Source of the DNA: Candidatus Poribacteria bacterium
GTDB lineage: Bacteria; Poribacteria; WGA-4E; PCPOR2b
Assembly: GCA_965208675.1 (NCBI GenBank)
Contig: OZ242351.1
Location: 3,456,001 to 3,520,000 of the forward strand
Direction of reading: 5' to 3'
DNA length: 64,000 nucleotides
Numbering within the stretch: the stretch's first letter is position 1; every line of letters starts with the position of its first letter. Shown piece by piece: positions 17,748-27,457 of this stretch. The position numbers were made by a program, and so were the translations under genes. Under the pieces are notes generated by a model. That model searched no databases and was not told where the DNA came from. It saw nothing but the letters and a program-made list of their open reading frames with translations.

Positions 17748-18482
17748 ATGTATAGTTGCTATGCTTCTCCGGCGCGGATATCAAAGGACGCAATCCACAT
17801 TGATGACGCGGAACGCCACCACCTGCTCAATGTGCTGCGCCTCAAAGCAGGCGATTCGGTGCACGTCTTTGACGGCGAAGGCAACAGCTACACTGCAATC
17901 CTTCGTGATACCCACCTCCCCGCACTGTGCGCTACCATAATCAAACATCAATTTCATCCACACACCCCGCCGCATATCACACTTTTCCAAGGTTTGCCAA
18001 AGTCGGACAAGATGGATCTTGTTGTTCAAAAAACAACGGAAATCGGTGTTGACGGAATTGTGCCCACGATTTGCCATCGTTCGATTCCAAAGCGATCGGA
18101 AACTGCCCAAGAGAAGTTGCAAGCGAGGTGGCAGCGGATTGCGAATGAAACCGCTAAACAGTGCAGGCGTTCGCGATTGACCAAGGTACACGAAGCAAAA
18201 GAGATAGAAAGGTGCTTTGCGCAAGCAACACAATTCGACCTGTCAATTTTGTTGTGGGAAAACGAGGAAGAACAGGGAATCAAGGAGGTGTTGCGACGCC
18301 ATAAAAACGCATCATCAGTCGGGCTTTATGTTGGACCGGAAGGAGGGTTTTCGGCTGACGAAACTAAAACTGCTATTCAATGCGGAATACACCCCGCCAC
18401 ACTTGGCCCAAATATCTTGCGTACCGAAACCGCGGGAATCGTGGGTGCGGCGATTGTTATGTATGAATTACGCGAGGCTTAA
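17748..18482 (+). CDS. rsmE: 16S rRNA m3U1498 methyltransferase
   Basis: HHLLNVLRL, QKTTEIGV, VGPEGGFS, LGPNILRTETA. Confidence 0.95.
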   Translation: MYSCYASPARISKDAIHIDDAERHHLLNVLRLKAGDSVHVFDGEGNSYTAILRDTHLPALCATIIKHQFHPHTPPHITLFQGLPKSDKMDLVVQKTTEIGVDGIVPTICHRSIPKRSETAQEKLQARWQRIANETAKQCRRSRLTKVHEAKEIERCFAQATQFDLSILLWENEEEQGIKEVLRRHKNASSVGLYVGPEGGFSADETKTAIQCGIHPATLGPNILRTETAGIVGAAIVMYELREA

Positions 18483-18534
18483 ATAGGACTAGACGATTTC
18501 ATCCTTTGTAGTCATTTGGGTACATATTGTCACA

Positions 18535-18655
18535 CGGAAGCCTCTCCTACAGGCTAATCGAGGTTAGGAAGCCTCTCCTACAGGCTAATCGAGGCTGGGA
18601 AGCCTCTCTTACAGGCTAAATGAGGCTGGGGGCGTCTCCCACAATATAATCGAGT
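18535..18655. repeat. Tandem array of about 31-32-bp REP-like units (about 4 copies)
   Basis: GGAAGCCTCTC(C)TACAGGCTAATCGAGG repeated with variation; a related inverted copy sits at about 16642-16666. Confidence 0.75.
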
Positions 18656-18880
18656 TAGAACGGTACGGATGGGAGTTCCGTTTATGACATTCAATTGCGG
18701 ACCAATTTTTTGCTTGCAAAATCCTAACCGGGTATGATAATATTTAGCCAGACCGCGAGGAACCTTTCCCTACCGGGAAAAACATCGCGGTTGTTTTTTT
18801 GTGTATTGCGCTTTGACACCTTGGTTTGATAATTGAGACTTGTAATTGCTTCAGCGAGACAATCTTTTTAGTACGCCGTT

Positions 18881-19342
18881 ATGAGTTCCTCACTGAAAAC
18901 TTCAGTTTTCGACTTGTTATCACCCGTTCTGGACGGCGATGGGATTGAGTTGGTTGACGTTGAACATGCAAATCAAAAGAATCATGGAACGCTTAGACTT
19001 TTAATTCATAAGCCTGACGGAATAACGACTAAGGATTGTCAGCGTGTTAGTGAAATTGCCGGTCCAGTTTTAGCGGTGCATGGATTTAAACTCGATAGTT
19101 ATAGTCTGGAGGTTGCATCTCCGGGATTGGATCGTCCGCTTATTTCGGAATCAGACTTCCGCAGAAATTTGAGTCAGAACATTCAAATCGAAGTGTTTTC
19201 GCCATGCGGAAAGTTTTTGCAAATGAGCGGCGTCTTGAAAGATGTCAACCGGGAACAGATTTGTCTTACTCAACGTTCGGGGGAAACAGTTCAGGTTAAA
19301 CTTTCAGATATTACTAAAGCTCATGTCCAACTGATGTGGTAA
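18881..19342 (+). CDS. rimP: Ribosome maturation factor RimP
   Basis: YSLEVASPGLDRPL; first gene of the rimP-nusA-infB operon. Confidence 0.93.
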   Translation: MSSSLKTSVFDLLSPVLDGDGIELVDVEHANQKNHGTLRLLIHKPDGITTKDCQRVSEIAGPVLAVHGFKLDSYSLEVASPGLDRPLISESDFRRNLSQNIQIEVFSPCGKFLQMSGVLKDVNREQICLTQRSGETVQVKLSDITKAHVQLMW

Positions 19343-19361
19343 TATTTTTGGATGGAATACA

Positions 19362-20666
19362 ATGACCAACGACTTACTTATGACTATACGTCAAATCATG
19401 AATCAGACGGATCTGCCGCAGGAGATTTTTATCGAGGCGATCGAAGCCGCACTATATTCAGCGGCGAAGCGGCGTTACGGCTCAACGCAAGGTGTATCCA
19501 TTAAGATTGATTCTGAGACCGGCGAGATAAAATGTTATGTTCCCCAGAAAGTGGTTGAAATAATGCACCACTTCGCGAGAGAGATTCCGATTGAGGAAGC
19601 CTTGAAAATAAAACCCGATAGCCAGTTGGATGAGATTATCGAGGTTGAAGTGGATCCGAGAGAATTTGGTAGAATAGAAGCTCAAACGGCGCGTCAGATT
19701 CTTGTCCAAAAAATTAAGGAAGCCGAACGGGAACAGATTTATCAGGAATATAAAACCCGCGAAGGAGAGATAATCACAGGGTATGTGCAACGAGTTGAAC
19801 GCGGGAATGTCATCCTTGATTTGGAACGAACCGAAGGAATATTACCGTATAGCGAAAGTGCTCATCCGCACCATTATCAACGCGGCGACTCGTTAAAGTG
19901 TTTGATTTTGGAAGTGCAAGCTGATGCGAAGGGGCCGCAAATCGTCCTTTCCCGGACACATCCCGATTTAATAGACCGATTATTTGAAATGGAAGTGCCT
20001 GAGATTTATGACGGATTAGTACGCATCATGGCAATCGCACGGGATCCGGGAAATCGAGCAAAAGTGGCTGTTACTGCGCCATCTGAAAATATTGACGCCG
20101 TTGGCACTTGTGTTGGGGTAAAAGGTTCTCGGGTTGAGGCGGTTGTCAGGGAGCTGGATGGGGAGAAAATTGACCTCCTCGAATGGAACGCATCGCCAGC
20201 GACTTTCATTGCAAATGCTCTCCAACCTGCTACGGTGGCTTCTGTGAACATTTATGAGGGGGCCGAAAACGCAGAAGTTATTGTACCGGACGATCAGCTG
20301 TCGCTAGCGATTGGCAGGCGCGGTCAAAACGCACGGCTTGCTGCAAAATTGACGGGGTGGAAAATTGATATAAAAAGCGAGTCGGAAGCGGACACACAAC
20401 TTAAGGAGGAAATCGCGGCAGAACTATTTAGTGCTCAGCCGAGTGAATCAGAAGATTCTCCGCGGACAGCAGCGTCTGACGGCGAGGTGGATTTGACGGA
20501 TTTGGATGGCGTCGGTGCAAAAACTGCAACAGCACTCAGAGACTCTGGATTTTCAACTATACAATCCGTTGCGGGGGCAACGTTAGATGAACTTTTGGCG
20601 GTTCCGGGGGTTGGCGCAAAAACTGCCGAGAAAATTCAGCGTAGCGCGGCAGAAGCTGAAGGCTAA
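19362..20666 (+). CDS. nusA: Transcription termination/antitermination factor NusA with C-terminal HhH extension
   Basis: FGRIEAQTARQ, LFEMEVPEI, AIGRRGQNARLAAKLTGWKIDI. Confidence 0.97.
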   Translation: MTNDLLMTIRQIMNQTDLPQEIFIEAIEAALYSAAKRRYGSTQGVSIKIDSETGEIKCYVPQKVVEIMHHFAREIPIEEALKIKPDSQLDEIIEVEVDPREFGRIEAQTARQILVQKIKEAEREQIYQEYKTREGEIITGYVQRVERGNVILDLERTEGILPYSESAHPHHYQRGDSLKCLILEVQADAKGPQIVLSRTHPDLIDRLFEMEVPEIYDGLVRIMAIARDPGNRAKVAVTAPSENIDAVGTCVGVKGSRVEAVVRELDGEKIDLLEWNASPATFIANALQPATVASVNIYEGAENAEVIVPDDQLSLAIGRRGQNARLAAKLTGWKIDIKSESEADTQLKEEIAAELFSAQPSESEDSPRTAASDGEVDLTDLDGVGAKTATALRDSGFSTIQSVAGATLDELLAVPGVGAKTAEKIQRSAAEAEG

Positions 20667-21088
20667 CAATACTAATTTGGACTTACGCAGTTGGACTCGG
20701 TTACTATATTTCCGTTCCGGCGGCCGGAGATTGGGTAGGCACAAGACCTGCCCCTACCAACTTCGCTTCAGCTATAACCTAAGCGGCTTTGGGGGATTGT
20801 TACGGCGTCGACATCATTCTGAACTTTAATTGCGCGCCACGGAAATCCCCAATTAGAACTTACTTCGGTTTACTTGCGATTTTCTCCAAAGGCTCTGAAT
20901 CCGTTAAAAACGCAGGCAACCATGTTATGGCGTTTAGGTTTGCCAACCAAATTCTGCAACACCGCAGCTTTCAGGTCTCCCAAAATCATTTGCTTTTTTA
21001 TGGGCGTGAATCGCTCAAAGTAAACATTGCGTTTTATCAAACAGGAACTGCTTGACCTGACGAATTAGACAAGCGTGAAGAGGTGTGA

Positions 21089-23110
21089 ATGAAAACCGAT
21101 AAAACTAAGAACAGCAAGAATATAAGAGTTTACCAATTGGCAAAACGCTATGGGTTGAGCAGCAAAGCATTCATTGAAGAACTCCAGAAGTTCGGTGTGC
21201 CTGTCAAGAACCACATGAGCACGCTAGATCCGGAAACCGTGGAGTTAATTGAAGCTGAACGTAATTCGAAAAAAACCAAACTTGACACGCCTTTGAATCA
21301 AGGTGAAGCGGCAATTGAAGAAACCGCGACTGAAGCAGTTACTGTTAAAGAAGAAACCCCAAGTTTTCCGCAAGTTCAAGAAGGCGTCACAGTGGCTCAG
21401 ATTGCTTCAATTCTGGGATTTAAGGACACAGAAATGATTAGGCGGCTGATGAAACTTGGTATAATGGCGAGCATTAATCAACGCCTAGATTTCGACACGT
21501 TGGAGAGTATCAGCGAGAAGTTTGAATTTGAAGCTGTCCGCCAATTAACACTAGAGGAAAAAGTTCTGAAGGACGCACCTGAAGATCCAAAAGACCTCGT
21601 TCCCCGCGCCCCGGTTGTCACGATTATGGGACATGTCGACCACGGCAAGACGTCACTGCTTGATGCCGTTCGCGAGTCGAATGTAATGGAGACAGAAGCT
21701 GGAAATATAACGCAACATATTGGCGCGTATCATGTGGAATTGAAGAACGGCAACGTTGTTTTTCTAGACACCCCCGGGCATGCGGCATTCACGGCTATGC
21801 GCGCGCGCGGCACACAAGTGACAGATATCGTCGTCCTAGTTGTAGCGGCAGATGATGGTGTAATGCCGCAAACGATAGAAGCTATCAATCACGCAAAGGC
21901 TGCAGAAATTCCCATTGTTGTTGCAATCAACAAAATTGATGTGGATAGTGCCAGACCCGATTATGTCAAACAACAGTTGGCGGATCAGGGTCTTATTCCT
22001 GAGGATTGGGGCGGGCAAACGATATTTGTTGAGATTTCTGCGAAGGAAAGTATTGGCGTTGATGAACTGTTGGATATGCTGCTCCTTGAATCGGAACTGC
22101 TTGAACTGACAGCCAATCCAAATAAAGCGGGACGAGGCGCTATTATTGAAGCGAAGCTGGATAAAGGGCGAGGTCCTGTAGCAACAGTGCTAGTGCAAAA
22201 CGGGACGTTGGGAGTTGGGGATGTGTTCATCGCCGGCCGCAGCTATGGCAAGGTGCGGGCGCTAATTGATGATCGAGGGCATCGGCTAAAAATGGCATCC
22301 CCATCGACACCGGTTGAAGTACTTGGTTTCACCGGGGTACCAGAAGCAGGGGACAGCTTTCACGTTGTAGATTCCGAGAAAGATGCCAGAACCATCAGCG
22401 AAACTAGGCAATCAGAACATCGGTATGCTCAGCTCAGTCCGCAGAGCCGTGTGAATTTAGACGATCTCTTTCAGCAGATTCATGAGGGGGATATCAAAGA
22501 ATTAAACGTGATTATCAAAGGCGATGTTCAAGGCTCCGTTGAAGCTGTTTGTGATTCGCTGCGAAAGTTAAACGCCAACGAGGTCAAAGTCAACATCATC
22601 CATCAAGCTGTAGGGGGAATTACAGAAACAGATATCTTACTTGCATCTGCATCCAACGCAATTGTGCTCGGATTTAACGTGCGCCCGACAACAGAAGCCT
22701 TGATAGCAAAGGACCTCGAAAGTATTGATGTTCGGACGTACAATGTGATTTATAATCTGATTTCCGATGTCAGGTCTGCAATGGAAGGACTGTTAGATCC
22801 TGAGGTTCGAGAGGTTGCCGTGGGCAGAGCAATTGTTCGCGAGTTATTCAAGATTCCACGGAGGGGAATGATTGCTGGAACTTATGTCAATTGGGGACAA
22901 ATCATTTATAACTACCCCTTGCGTGTATTGCGTGACAATCGACTGATTTATGAAGGTAAGGTTGACTCGTTACGCCGTTTCAAAGACGACGTTACCGAGG
23001 TTGCGGCGAACTACGAATGTGGTATCGGCACGAGCGCTTTCGACGATTTCAAAGTGGATGATGTGTTAGAATGCTATACCCACGAACATATCCCGCGCGT
23101 ATTGAAGTAA
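21089..23110 (+). CDS. infB: Translation initiation factor IF-2
   Basis: [35 protein letters not shown]. Confidence 0.98.
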   Translation: MKTDKTKNSKNIRVYQLAKRYGLSSKAFIEELQKFGVPVKNHMSTLDPETVELIEAERNSKKTKLDTPLNQGEAAIEETATEAVTVKEETPSFPQVQEGVTVAQIASILGFKDTEMIRRLMKLGIMASINQRLDFDTLESISEKFEFEAVRQLTLEEKVLKDAPEDPKDLVPRAPVVTIMGHVDHGKTSLLDAVRESNVMETEAGNITQHIGAYHVELKNGNVVFLDTPGHAAFTAMRARGTQVTDIVVLVVAADDGVMPQTIEAINHAKAAEIPIVVAINKIDVDSARPDYVKQQLADQGLIPEDWGGQTIFVEISAKESIGVDELLDMLLLESELLELTANPNKAGRGAIIEAKLDKGRGPVATVLVQNGTLGVGDVFIAGRSYGKVRALIDDRGHRLKMASPSTPVEVLGFTGVPEAGDSFHVVDSEKDARTISETRQSEHRYAQLSPQSRVNLDDLFQQIHEGDIKELNVIIKGDVQGSVEAVCDSLRKLNANEVKVNIIHQAVGGITETDILLASASNAIVLGFNVRPTTEALIAKDLESIDVRTYNVIYNLISDVRSAMEGLLDPEVREVAVGRAIVRELFKIPRRGMIAGTYVNWGQIIYNYPLRVLRDNRLIYEGKVDSLRRFKDDVTEVAANYECGIGTSAFDDFKVDDVLECYTHEHIPRVLK

Positions 23111-23230
23111 AAACAGGGAGTACGCGGGTTATGTATCCGTAGTCTCAGGACTTCCGTTCTGATTCAATTTATGTTGCAAATTCAGCACGTTATTGGTTGC
23201 GTTACAGGAAATCATTGATGTTCAACGGCT

Positions 23231-23515
23231 ATGCATGTTGGGATTTGTAAAGCCTTTTTGACGATTTCAGAGAGCTATTCGCTGAAAGAGAAACGGCGGG
23301 TTGTCAAAAGCATTATTGCGCGGTTGAAAAATCAGTTTAATGTTGCCGTTGGCGAAGTTGATGCGCTAGATGTGCACCAACGAGCCGTGCTTGGCATTGT
23401 TTCCGTGTCCAACGATTCAGCGCATCTCAACCGTGTGTTGTCGAAAGCAATAAATTTTATTGAGACAAACGGATTAGCAGAATTAACTGACTACGAGATT
23501 GAATTCATATACTGA
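23231..23515 (+). CDS. DUF503 (YlxP-like) protein
   Basis: SLKEKRRVVKSI...FNVAVGEV; usual position between infB and rbfA. Confidence 0.88.
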   Translation: MHVGICKAFLTISESYSLKEKRRVVKSIIARLKNQFNVAVGEVDALDVHQRAVLGIVSVSNDSAHLNRVLSKAINFIETNGLAELTDYEIEFIY

Positions 23516-23525
23516 CGAAGCGACA

Positions 23526-23918
23526 ATGTTTGAAAACAGACGCATAGATCGGGTGAGCGCACTCATACAGAAGGAACTAAGTTACATTATCCATCGATCG
23601 CTCAAGGATCCGCGAGTAAAATTTTGCACTATTACGCAGGTCGAAGTTTCTTACGATTTGAAGTATGCCGATGTTATGGTGAGCGTAATTGGCGACAAAC
23701 AACAAAAACAAGGGGTGATGGCGGGATTGAAAAGCGCCGCCGGTTATCTCAGACGCGAAGTGGGAGGGCGAGTTGATTTGCGATATGCGCCTGAATTGCG
23801 TTTCAAGTTGGACCAGTCGATTGACCATTTAATGAAATTAGACCGACTACTGAAGCAGGTGCGTTCTGAGGAAGAAAAACTCGGTATTTCGTCGGAATGC
23901 GGCGATGAAATATCCTAA
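23526..23918 (+). CDS. rbfA: Ribosome-binding factor A
   Basis: RIDRVSALIQKEL, KDPRV, LRYAPELRFKLD. Confidence 0.95.
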   Translation: MFENRRIDRVSALIQKELSYIIHRSLKDPRVKFCTITQVEVSYDLKYADVMVSVIGDKQQKQGVMAGLKSAAGYLRREVGGRVDLRYAPELRFKLDQSIDHLMKLDRLLKQVRSEEEKLGISSECGDEIS

Positions 23919-23933
23919 ACCGCTTCATTAGAT

Positions 23934-24956
23934 ATGGAAACCTACAATACAGTCCTTGATGTTTTTGCTGGCCACCAGAATTTTGCGCTTTCCACACACA
24001 TCAATCCCGACGGCGATGCGATTGGATCGGAATTAGCACTTTATTCATTTCTTAAAGACTTAGGGAAGCAGGTGCTGATATTCAATACAGATGCTGTTCC
24101 GAAAATCTACCAATTCCTTCCTTTCTCCGATGCTGTTTTACCCCCCGAAGCGATTCAAGGATATTCACCTGAGATTCTAGTCGTTCTTGACTCAGGAATG
24201 CTAAAACGAATTGGTGACGACCTCTGCCGGAGCCTAATCCCATCAAAAGCGATTGTAAACATCGATCATCACGCCACGGCAAATCATTTTGGGAGTTTCA
24301 ACCTTATTGAAGAAGAAGCGTCATCAACATCTGAGATTATTTATCAGTTGATCAAACACCACGGGACGCCAATTGGGAGAGATAGAGCGGTATGCCTTTA
24401 CACCGGAATCATGTTTGATACCGGCTGTTTTCGATATTCGAATTCCACACCCGCGGCGCATCGAATTGCTGCAGAACTCGTTAATGCGGGTGTATCCGTA
24501 GATGAGATTTACCGTTTGGTTTATGAAACCACGCCGGTTGCAAGAATTCGTTTGCTTGGCGATGTACTTCAAACTCTCGGTATGTCGCCCGATGGCAAGA
24601 TTGCATGGGGGTATGCGACTCAGGAAATGTTCCGAAAAACAGGAACGGGCCGGGAGGAGGTAGATGGATTCATCAATCACATACGATCGATTGATACTGT
24701 TGAGTTTGCGGTGTTGGTAAGTGAACAGGAAGATGGGCGGTCTAAAGCGAGTCTGCGCAGCAAATCATATATTGATGCCGGGGAAATTGCCGCGGAATTT
24801 GGCGGGGGCGGGCATCAACGCGCCGCAGGCTGCGAGATTGATGCGCACTATGACGTAGCAATTGCGCAACTCGTGGCAAGCGCTCAACAACGAATCAACA
24901 AGTTGAAGGAGGTATTGGGCGTTAAGTCTGAAGAGTTTAGTGGACGGCTAAACTAA
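23934..24956 (+). CDS. nrnA: DHH/DHHA1 oligoribonuclease/PAP phosphatase (NrnA-like)
   Basis: HINPDGDAIGS, NIDHH, DTGCF, GGGGHQRAAG. Confidence 0.9.
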   Translation: METYNTVLDVFAGHQNFALSTHINPDGDAIGSELALYSFLKDLGKQVLIFNTDAVPKIYQFLPFSDAVLPPEAIQGYSPEILVVLDSGMLKRIGDDLCRSLIPSKAIVNIDHHATANHFGSFNLIEEEASSTSEIIYQLIKHHGTPIGRDRAVCLYTGIMFDTGCFRYSNSTPAAHRIAAELVNAGVSVDEIYRLVYETTPVARIRLLGDVLQTLGMSPDGKIAWGYATQEMFRKTGTGREEVDGFINHIRSIDTVEFAVLVSEQEDGRSKASLRSKSYIDAGEIAAEFGGGGHQRAAGCEIDAHYDVAIAQLVASAQQRINKLKEVLGVKSEEFSGRLN

Positions 24957-25040
24957 TCCTTTTGCCTCTGATGCCAAGTTCTATCACTAAGTTCTGTTGA
25001 CAATTGGAAATTTGAACCCATCTCCATGCACTGAGTTTTT

Positions 25041-25101
25041 GGGCAGGCACAAGACCTGCCCCTACATAATCCTTGTAGGGGCAACGCATGTGGTTGCCCT
25101 A
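25041..25101. repeat. REP-like palindromic element (also at about 20733-20757)
   Basis: GGCACAAGACCTGCCCCTAC at both sites; here followed by GTAGGGGCAAC...GTTGCCCT. Confidence 0.7.
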
Positions 25102-25241
25102 ATACGTCAGACATCGCCCCCGACTTGGGTTTTTGGCGAATTAAACGGTTGTATGTTGCATTAGTAACACCAAAATGTCAACACGCCCCAATATTCACAT
25201 CGCACAACACGGTTTGTCCGATAATCTACAATGGTTGCCCA

Positions 25242-25982
25242 ATGCGGATTGACGGCGTTCTCAACCTGAATAAACCTGACAAAATGACCTCTAGGCAAGC
25301 AGTTGATCGGATTAAACACCTGTTAAATGTCCGGAAGGCTGGGCATGGAGGAACGCTCGATCCCGATGCAACTGGTGTACTGCCCATCTGTTTGGGGAAT
25401 GGGACAAAGTTGTTTGAACCGCTACAGCTTGGTACAAAGGAGTATGAAGGCACACTGACATTAGGCATCACCACGGATACGCTTGATGCAAGTGGACGTA
25501 TTCTCAGCACAGCGGAGGTAAGTGAGGTTACTTTAGATAAAATTTATACCGTTTCCCAACAATTTATTGGAGAGAGTGAGCAAGTTGTTCCAATATTTTC
25601 TGCTGCGAAACGCAAAGGTAAACGGCTGTACAAACTAGCACGCCAAGGAATTGAATTGGAGCATTTACCCAGAAAAAAGGTGTTTATTGAATCACTTGAG
25701 ATTCTGTCAACCAAAATACCAGAAGTACGGTTCAGAGTCGTTTGTTCCAAAGGGACGTATATCCGGACACTTGTATCAGATTTTGGTACTGCGCTGGCTT
25801 GCGGCGCTCATCTTTCACAGTTAACCCGCACGCAATCCGGAATATTCAAAATCTCGGACTCTCATTCTCTTGACAGCCTTGAAAGCAATCCGGAACTTGC
25901 TCATCAGACGGTTATGCCGATTGAAGATGTTCTTGAAGCGCTGCATCGCCGTTTCCCATTGCAGGCAAAAAGTGCGTTTTAA
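25242..25982 (+). CDS. truB: tRNA pseudouridine(55) synthase
   Basis: KAGHGGTLDPDATGVL, TTDTLDASG, CSKGTYIRTL. Confidence 0.96.
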   Translation: MRIDGVLNLNKPDKMTSRQAVDRIKHLLNVRKAGHGGTLDPDATGVLPICLGNGTKLFEPLQLGTKEYEGTLTLGITTDTLDASGRILSTAEVSEVTLDKIYTVSQQFIGESEQVVPIFSAAKRKGKRLYKLARQGIELEHLPRKKVFIESLEILSTKIPEVRFRVVCSKGTYIRTLVSDFGTALACGAHLSQLTRTQSGIFKISDSHSLDSLESNPELAHQTVMPIEDVLEALHRRFPLQAKSAF

Positions 25983-26081
25983 TTTATACGTTTATTCATA
26001 GCTGTCGTGAATGGTTAAAGTTGAAGATAGCAGGATGTTGTCTTATCACGTCGAAATTCGTCCAAACTTGGAGACTGATTT

Positions 26082-27014
26082 TTGGAAATTTTCTACAATC
26101 TAGAAGCAGCGTCTAAGTTTTGCCATGCATCTGTTGCTACCGTTGGTGTGTTCGACGGATTACACATTGGACATCAAGCTGTCATTCAGCAGGTATTAAC
26201 TCAAGCGGAAAAGTCTGAGTTGCCTAGTCTTGTTCTTGCTTTCCATCCGCCTCCGCTTGCTTTTCTAGCTCCCGAAAAGTGCCCGCCAACTTTGACGGTT
26301 ATCTCGAAGCGGATTGAGATACTAGAACGCCTCGGTGTTGATACCGTGATTTTTGCCCGTTTCGATCCCAACTTGCAAAAAATGTCTCCCGACCAATTTG
26401 TGCGGCTGGTCTTACTAGGGCAATTGCGCGCAAAACAGGTAGTCATTGGCTATGAATGGCAGTTCGGCAAAGGGCGGACCGGCAATGTGGAGGATTTGAA
26501 GCAACTTGGAACACAGTATGAATTTGGCGTGGTCGTTGTTGGCCCCACAGAATTTCACGGGCTTCCCGTTCATAGTACTCGCGTCCGCGAAGCGATTGCA
26601 ACAGGTAAGCTTGATTTAGCGGCGCAACTATTAGGCCGCCGGCACTCGATTCTCGGTAAGGTGATAAAGGGAGCGGGCCTTGGACGCACACTTGGGTTCC
26701 CGACCGCAAACATTGACGCCGGCGATCAGATGCTCCCGCCAAACGGCGTTTACGCAATCCAAGCGACATTAAGGAAACGCATGTACGATGGGGTACTGAA
26801 TATGGGAACGAGGCCGACGTTTGATGGATTGAAGTTCCAAATTGAAAGTCATCTATTCGGTGTTGAGGACATGTTTTACGATAAAGACATTGAAATTTTC
26901 TTTGTCGAAAAAATTCGCGATGAGCGTACGTTTCCAAATCAAGGCGCTTTAGTGCATCAAATTCAGCAAGACATCGTCACGACTCAGGCAATTCTTAAAC
27001 AGCGGGAGAATTGA
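26082..27014 (+). CDS. ribF: Bifunctional riboflavin kinase/FAD synthetase
   Basis: GVFDGLHIGHQ, GRTLGFPTANI, GTRPTF, IESHL. Confidence 0.96.
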   Translation: MEIFYNLEAASKFCHASVATVGVFDGLHIGHQAVIQQVLTQAEKSELPSLVLAFHPPPLAFLAPEKCPPTLTVISKRIEILERLGVDTVIFARFDPNLQKMSPDQFVRLVLLGQLRAKQVVIGYEWQFGKGRTGNVEDLKQLGTQYEFGVVVVGPTEFHGLPVHSTRVREAIATGKLDLAAQLLGRRHSILGKVIKGAGLGRTLGFPTANIDAGDQMLPPNGVYAIQATLRKRMYDGVLNMGTRPTFDGLKFQIESHLFGVEDMFYDKDIEIFFVEKIRDERTFPNQGALVHQIQQDIVTTQAILKQREN

Positions 27015-27129
27015 CCGTGGTGCATACCACTAGCTAGAATATTTAATTTACAAAACGATTTGATTATGGTATATTATCCTTCAGGGAAAGGCTTAATGAG
27101 GGGAATGTGCCAAAAGGAGGTGAATTGGA

Positions 27130-27420
27130 GTGGCACTTGAATTTGAAAGGAAAAAAGAACTCTTGGAAGCACACAGATTGCACGATAGTGATACGGGTTC
27201 ACCCGAAGTACAAGTTGCAATTATTAATACCCGTATCCGAGAGTTGACGGAGCATTTCCGCAATCACAACAAAGACCATCATTCCAGATGCGGCCTTTAT
27301 AAGCTTGTGGGAAAACAGCGCCGTTTATTGCGTTATCTTTACAAAAAGGATGTTCGGCGTTACCACAAGCTCATCGAGCAATTGGGAATTCGGGACACGA
27401 TCACTGTAAGGAAAAGCTAG
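27130..27420 (+). CDS. rpsO: 30S ribosomal protein S15
   Basis: [16 protein letters not shown]. Confidence 0.97.
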   Translation: MALEFERKKELLEAHRLHDSDTGSPEVQVAIINTRIRELTEHFRNHNKDHHSRCGLYKLVGKQRRLLRYLYKKDVRRYHKLIEQLGIRDTITVRKS

Positions 27421-27457
27421 CAGTCCACCGTAGGACTTTTTGAGGAGGAAGAAGATT

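Noticed and set aside
18535-18655. Second CRISPR array
   Set aside because: Units are contiguous, with no unique spacers; they are REP-like tandem copies.
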